Shown: one piece after another, positions 22,387 through 24,000 of the stretch
Layout: each line of letters starts with the position of its first letter
Position numbering within the stretch: position 1 is the stretch's first letter
DNA from: Acidimicrobiales bacterium
Lineage (GTDB): Bacteria; Actinomycetota; Acidimicrobiia; Acidimicrobiales; CADCTF01
Direction of reading: 5' to 3'
Assembly: GCA_035525495.1 (NCBI GenBank)
Contig: DATLED010000089.1
Location: forward strand, 8,319-32,318
DNA length: 24,000 nucleotides
Notes under the pieces: model-generated
Database searches by the model: none
What the model saw: the letters and a program-made list of their open reading frames with translations, nothing else
What the model was told of the DNA's origin: nothing
Made by a program: the position numbers and the translations under genes

Positions 22387-23247
22387 TCAGACGGCCAGGC
22401 GCCGGGGCTGGGAGTCCAGCCGGGCCGCCGACGTCGAGGACGCGGCGATGGCGGCGAAGTAGGCGGCCTTGCGACGCGCGACCCGACCCGTCGGGTTCGG
22501 TGTCTCGCCCATGGCGGTCGGATCGAGCTGCGAGTTGATCCCGTCCTTCAGCAGGTCGAGCGCCTCGGCCCGCAGCTGCGACACGCGGGACTCGGACACG
22601 CCGAGCTCGGCGCCGATGTGCTGCATCGAGCGGTCCTCGAAGAAATAGCCGCGCACGACGACCTGCAGGCGCTCGGGCAACGACCGGATGGCGTCGACGA
22701 GATACGCGTTGCGCTCGCGCTCGAGGAGCTCGAGCTCGGGGGTGTCGTCGTCGACGAGCAGCACCGCGTCGGAGTCGCCCGATGAGAGCATCGAGTCGTA
22801 GTTCAACACCGTCGCCCGGTGCAGGTCCGAGGTCAGGCCGTGGACCGCCGACGCGTCGACACCCATCGCCTCCGCCAGCTCCGCTTGCGAGGGCATGCGG
22901 CCGAACTTCGCCATCAGCTTCTCGCTGGCGAGTTCCATGTGGCGCGCCTTGGCCCGCACGGGTCGGCTCGCCCAGTCGTTTGCGCGGAGCTCGTCGAGCA
23001 ACGCCCCCTTGACGCGGGTGGCGGCGTAGCGGTGGAAGGGCACGCCGAGGGTGGAGTCGAAGTTCCGGGCGGCCTGCGCCAGCCCGACCAGCCCGGCCGA
23101 CATCAGATCGTCGCGCGGCGCATGGCGCGGCATGCGGGCGGACAGGTCGGCGACGGCCCGCCGGACGAGCGGGAGGTGCTCACGGACGAGCGCATCCTCG
23201 CTGGCCGAGGCATCACCTGTGATCTCGGTATTACGCGTGTTGGTCAC
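22387..23247 (-). CDS. FliA/WhiG-type (sigma-28 family) RNA polymerase sigma factor
   Basis: Region 2 LVREHLPLVRRAVADL...DDLMSAGLVGLAQAARNFD...FHRYAATRVKGALLDELR, region 3, region 4.2 MQHIGAELGVSESRVSQLRAEAL. Start ambiguous: GTG 23247 (AGGA 9 nt upstream) is preferred over GTG 23337 because the intervening codons are A/T-ending. Confidence 0.85.
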   Translation of the reverse strand: MTNTRNTEITGDASASEDALVREHLPLVRRAVADLSARMPRHAPRDDLMSAGLVGLAQAARNFDSTLGVPFHRYAATRVKGALLDELRANDWASRPVRAKARHMELASEKLMAKFGRMPSQAELAEAMGVDASAVHGLTSDLHRATVLNYDSMLSSGDSDAVLLVDDDTPELELLERERNAYLVDAIRSLPERLQVVVRGYFFEDRSMQHIGAELGVSESRVSQLRAEALDLLKDGINSQLDPTAMGETPNPTGRVARRKAAYFAAIAASSTSAARLDSQPRRLAV

Positions 23248-23363
23248 AGTGGGACATCCTGCGCAACTGCGCGCTCCGGCAGTAGAGCCCGATCGCGTCA
23301 TTTCGGACAAGACGTCGGTCATGTACTGCGTGGTCACAAATGACTAGTCACCTGCCGGTGACC
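23241..23363. repeat. Repeated GGTCAC(A/C) half-sites and a GTCACC-N4-GGTGAC palindrome in the sigma/flgN divergent region
   Basis: TGGTCACA at 23241-23248 and again exactly 90 nt later at 23331-23338. AGTCACC at 23346-23352 and inverted GGTGACC at 23357-23363 form the perfect palindrome GTCACC TGCC GGTGAC (23347-23362). Confidence 0.45.
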
Positions 23364-23402
23364 TGCGACTTCCCCCCATCGGGCCGCGTTGTCGCCCATT
23401 CC

Positions 23403-23430
23403 TTCACGTTCGGGCAAACGTGGCCGAACG
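23403..23430 (+). promoter_or_regulatory. Weak sigma-28-like promoter candidate upstream of the FlgN-like gene
   Basis: TTCA (23403-23406)-N16-GCCGAACG (23423-23430) versus the enterobacterial/WhiG-type consensus TAAA-N15-GCCGATAA. The -10 element ends 8 nt before GTG 23439. Confidence 0.2.
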
Positions 23431-23438
23431 AAGGATGC

Positions 23439-23843
23439 GTGCCCTCCTCGAGCCTCGCGGAGCTGTCGGGACTGCTCTGGCGGGAGCGAGAGGTCTTCGA
23501 CCAGCTCCTCGAGCTCCTCCGCGTTGGTGGCGAGGCCGAGGAAACCGACGGTCTCCTCCACTCGATCAGCGGGCTCGAGCTGCACCGGGCGATCACCGCT
23601 CGCGAGGCCGCCGTCGAGCTCGGCCTCGACGGTGAGCCGTCGTTGCAGGACCTGATCGAGTGCGCGGACGGCGAGTGGGCCGCGGTCCTCGCGGGTCATC
23701 GTCGGGCGCTGCAGGCGCTGAGTAGCGAGGTACGGGCGCTCCTCGGGCGGGTGCCGATCCACGCCATCGAGGGCAACATCTACGCGTTGCCGCCCTCGGG
23801 GGGGCGGGCGGTGCAACGCTCGCTGCGCGACTTCCTCAGCTGA
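23439..23843 (+). CDS. FlgN-like flagellar export chaperone family protein
   Basis: LAELSGLLWREREVFDQLLELL...LELHRAITAREAAVELGLDGEPSLQDLIECADGEWAAVLAGHRRALQALSSEVRAL resembles actinobacterial FlgN-family proteins (LS..LWRERELLE.LLFKL...ELGL...SL..L...W...L..HR). Adjacent to the sigma-28-type gene. Start uncertain. Confidence 0.5.
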   Translation: MPSSSLAELSGLLWREREVFDQLLELLRVGGEAEETDGLLHSISGLELHRAITAREAAVELGLDGEPSLQDLIECADGEWAAVLAGHRRALQALSSEVRALLGRVPIHAIEGNIYALPPSGGRAVQRSLRDFLS

Positions 23844-24000
23844 TCTTGACGGGGTCCTTGGCCTCGCCGGCACGCGTCGCCTCCACGGCGACGGTGTCGG
23901 GGTGCTTCGGAAGCTCGATCTCCGCGGTCACGGTGCCGTGCTCCTCCTCCCACCGGACGACGTTCACGACCGCGACGTAGACGGTGAGCCGGCCGAAGAA
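23836..24000 (-). CDS. 3' end (54 codons) of an unidentified protein; gene runs off the right edge
   Basis: Open frame from the window edge to TGA (23838-23836) with strong G/C third-position bias: ...GRLTVYVAVVNVVRWEEEHGTVTAEIELPKHPDTVAVEATRAGEAKDPVKIS. Not in the ORF track because it has no start in the window. Confidence 0.5.
   Translation of the reverse strand, partial: FFGRLTVYVAVVNVVRWEEEHGTVTAEIELPKHPDTVAVEATRAGEAKDPVKIS

Noticed and set aside
23334-23873. 179-aa minus-strand ORF antisense to the FlgN-like gene
   Set aside because: It is R/P/E-rich without motifs. The + strand frame has the FlgN-like LWRERE...ELGL pattern and better third-position bias, though neither call is beyond doubt.
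1-24000. CRISPR arrays, rRNA/tRNA genes, IS elements or transposases
   Set aside because: I saw no regularly spaced direct repeats, no rRNA/tRNA-like low-GC structured segments and no DDE or serine/tyrosine recombinase motifs in any frame on inspection.

Overview
Very GC-rich, actinobacterium-like chromosomal window with almost no non-coding DNA. Third codon positions are nearly all G/C, so every region carries long R/P/A-rich shadow ORFs in the wrong strand or frame. I resolved genes by motif content, codon-3 bias and start/stop overlaps. All homology statements come from motif recognition by eye, not from database searches. Left (+ strand): lepA 3' end, a USP-like gene, DoxX, a CIRCE operator, hrcA-dnaJ-rsmE, an XRE-type regulator and hemW. 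Centre (- strand, read right to left): HIT, phoH, ybeY, CBS/CorC, era, a decayed PIN (VapC-like) gene and an AT-rich promoter/leader. These are followed by a nine-gene Gram-positive-type Tad/Flp pilus operon: cpaF, tadB, tadC, flp, three TadE/TadG-like genes, a GDWDCDG membrane protein and a LysM membrane protein. Right: an unknown internally duplicated protein, then a small, probably leaderless HTH gene divergent from cpaB-tadZ. cpaB-tadZ is the front half of the tad locus; it lies on the opposite strand, 5.5 kb from cpaF. Next come a degenerate PlsY-like membrane protein coupled to a DinG/XPD-type helicase with a Cys-rich N-terminal extension, a FliA/WhiG-type sigma factor, a FlgN-like gene and the 3' end of an unidentified gene. 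No rRNA, tRNA, CRISPR array, transposase or integrase was recognised. Most interesting are four things: the split and extended tad locus embedded in an inverted half of the normally collinear hrcA...era block; its two uncharacterised distal genes; the DinG/PlsY-like pair; and several compact leaderless or bidirectional promoter arrangements.
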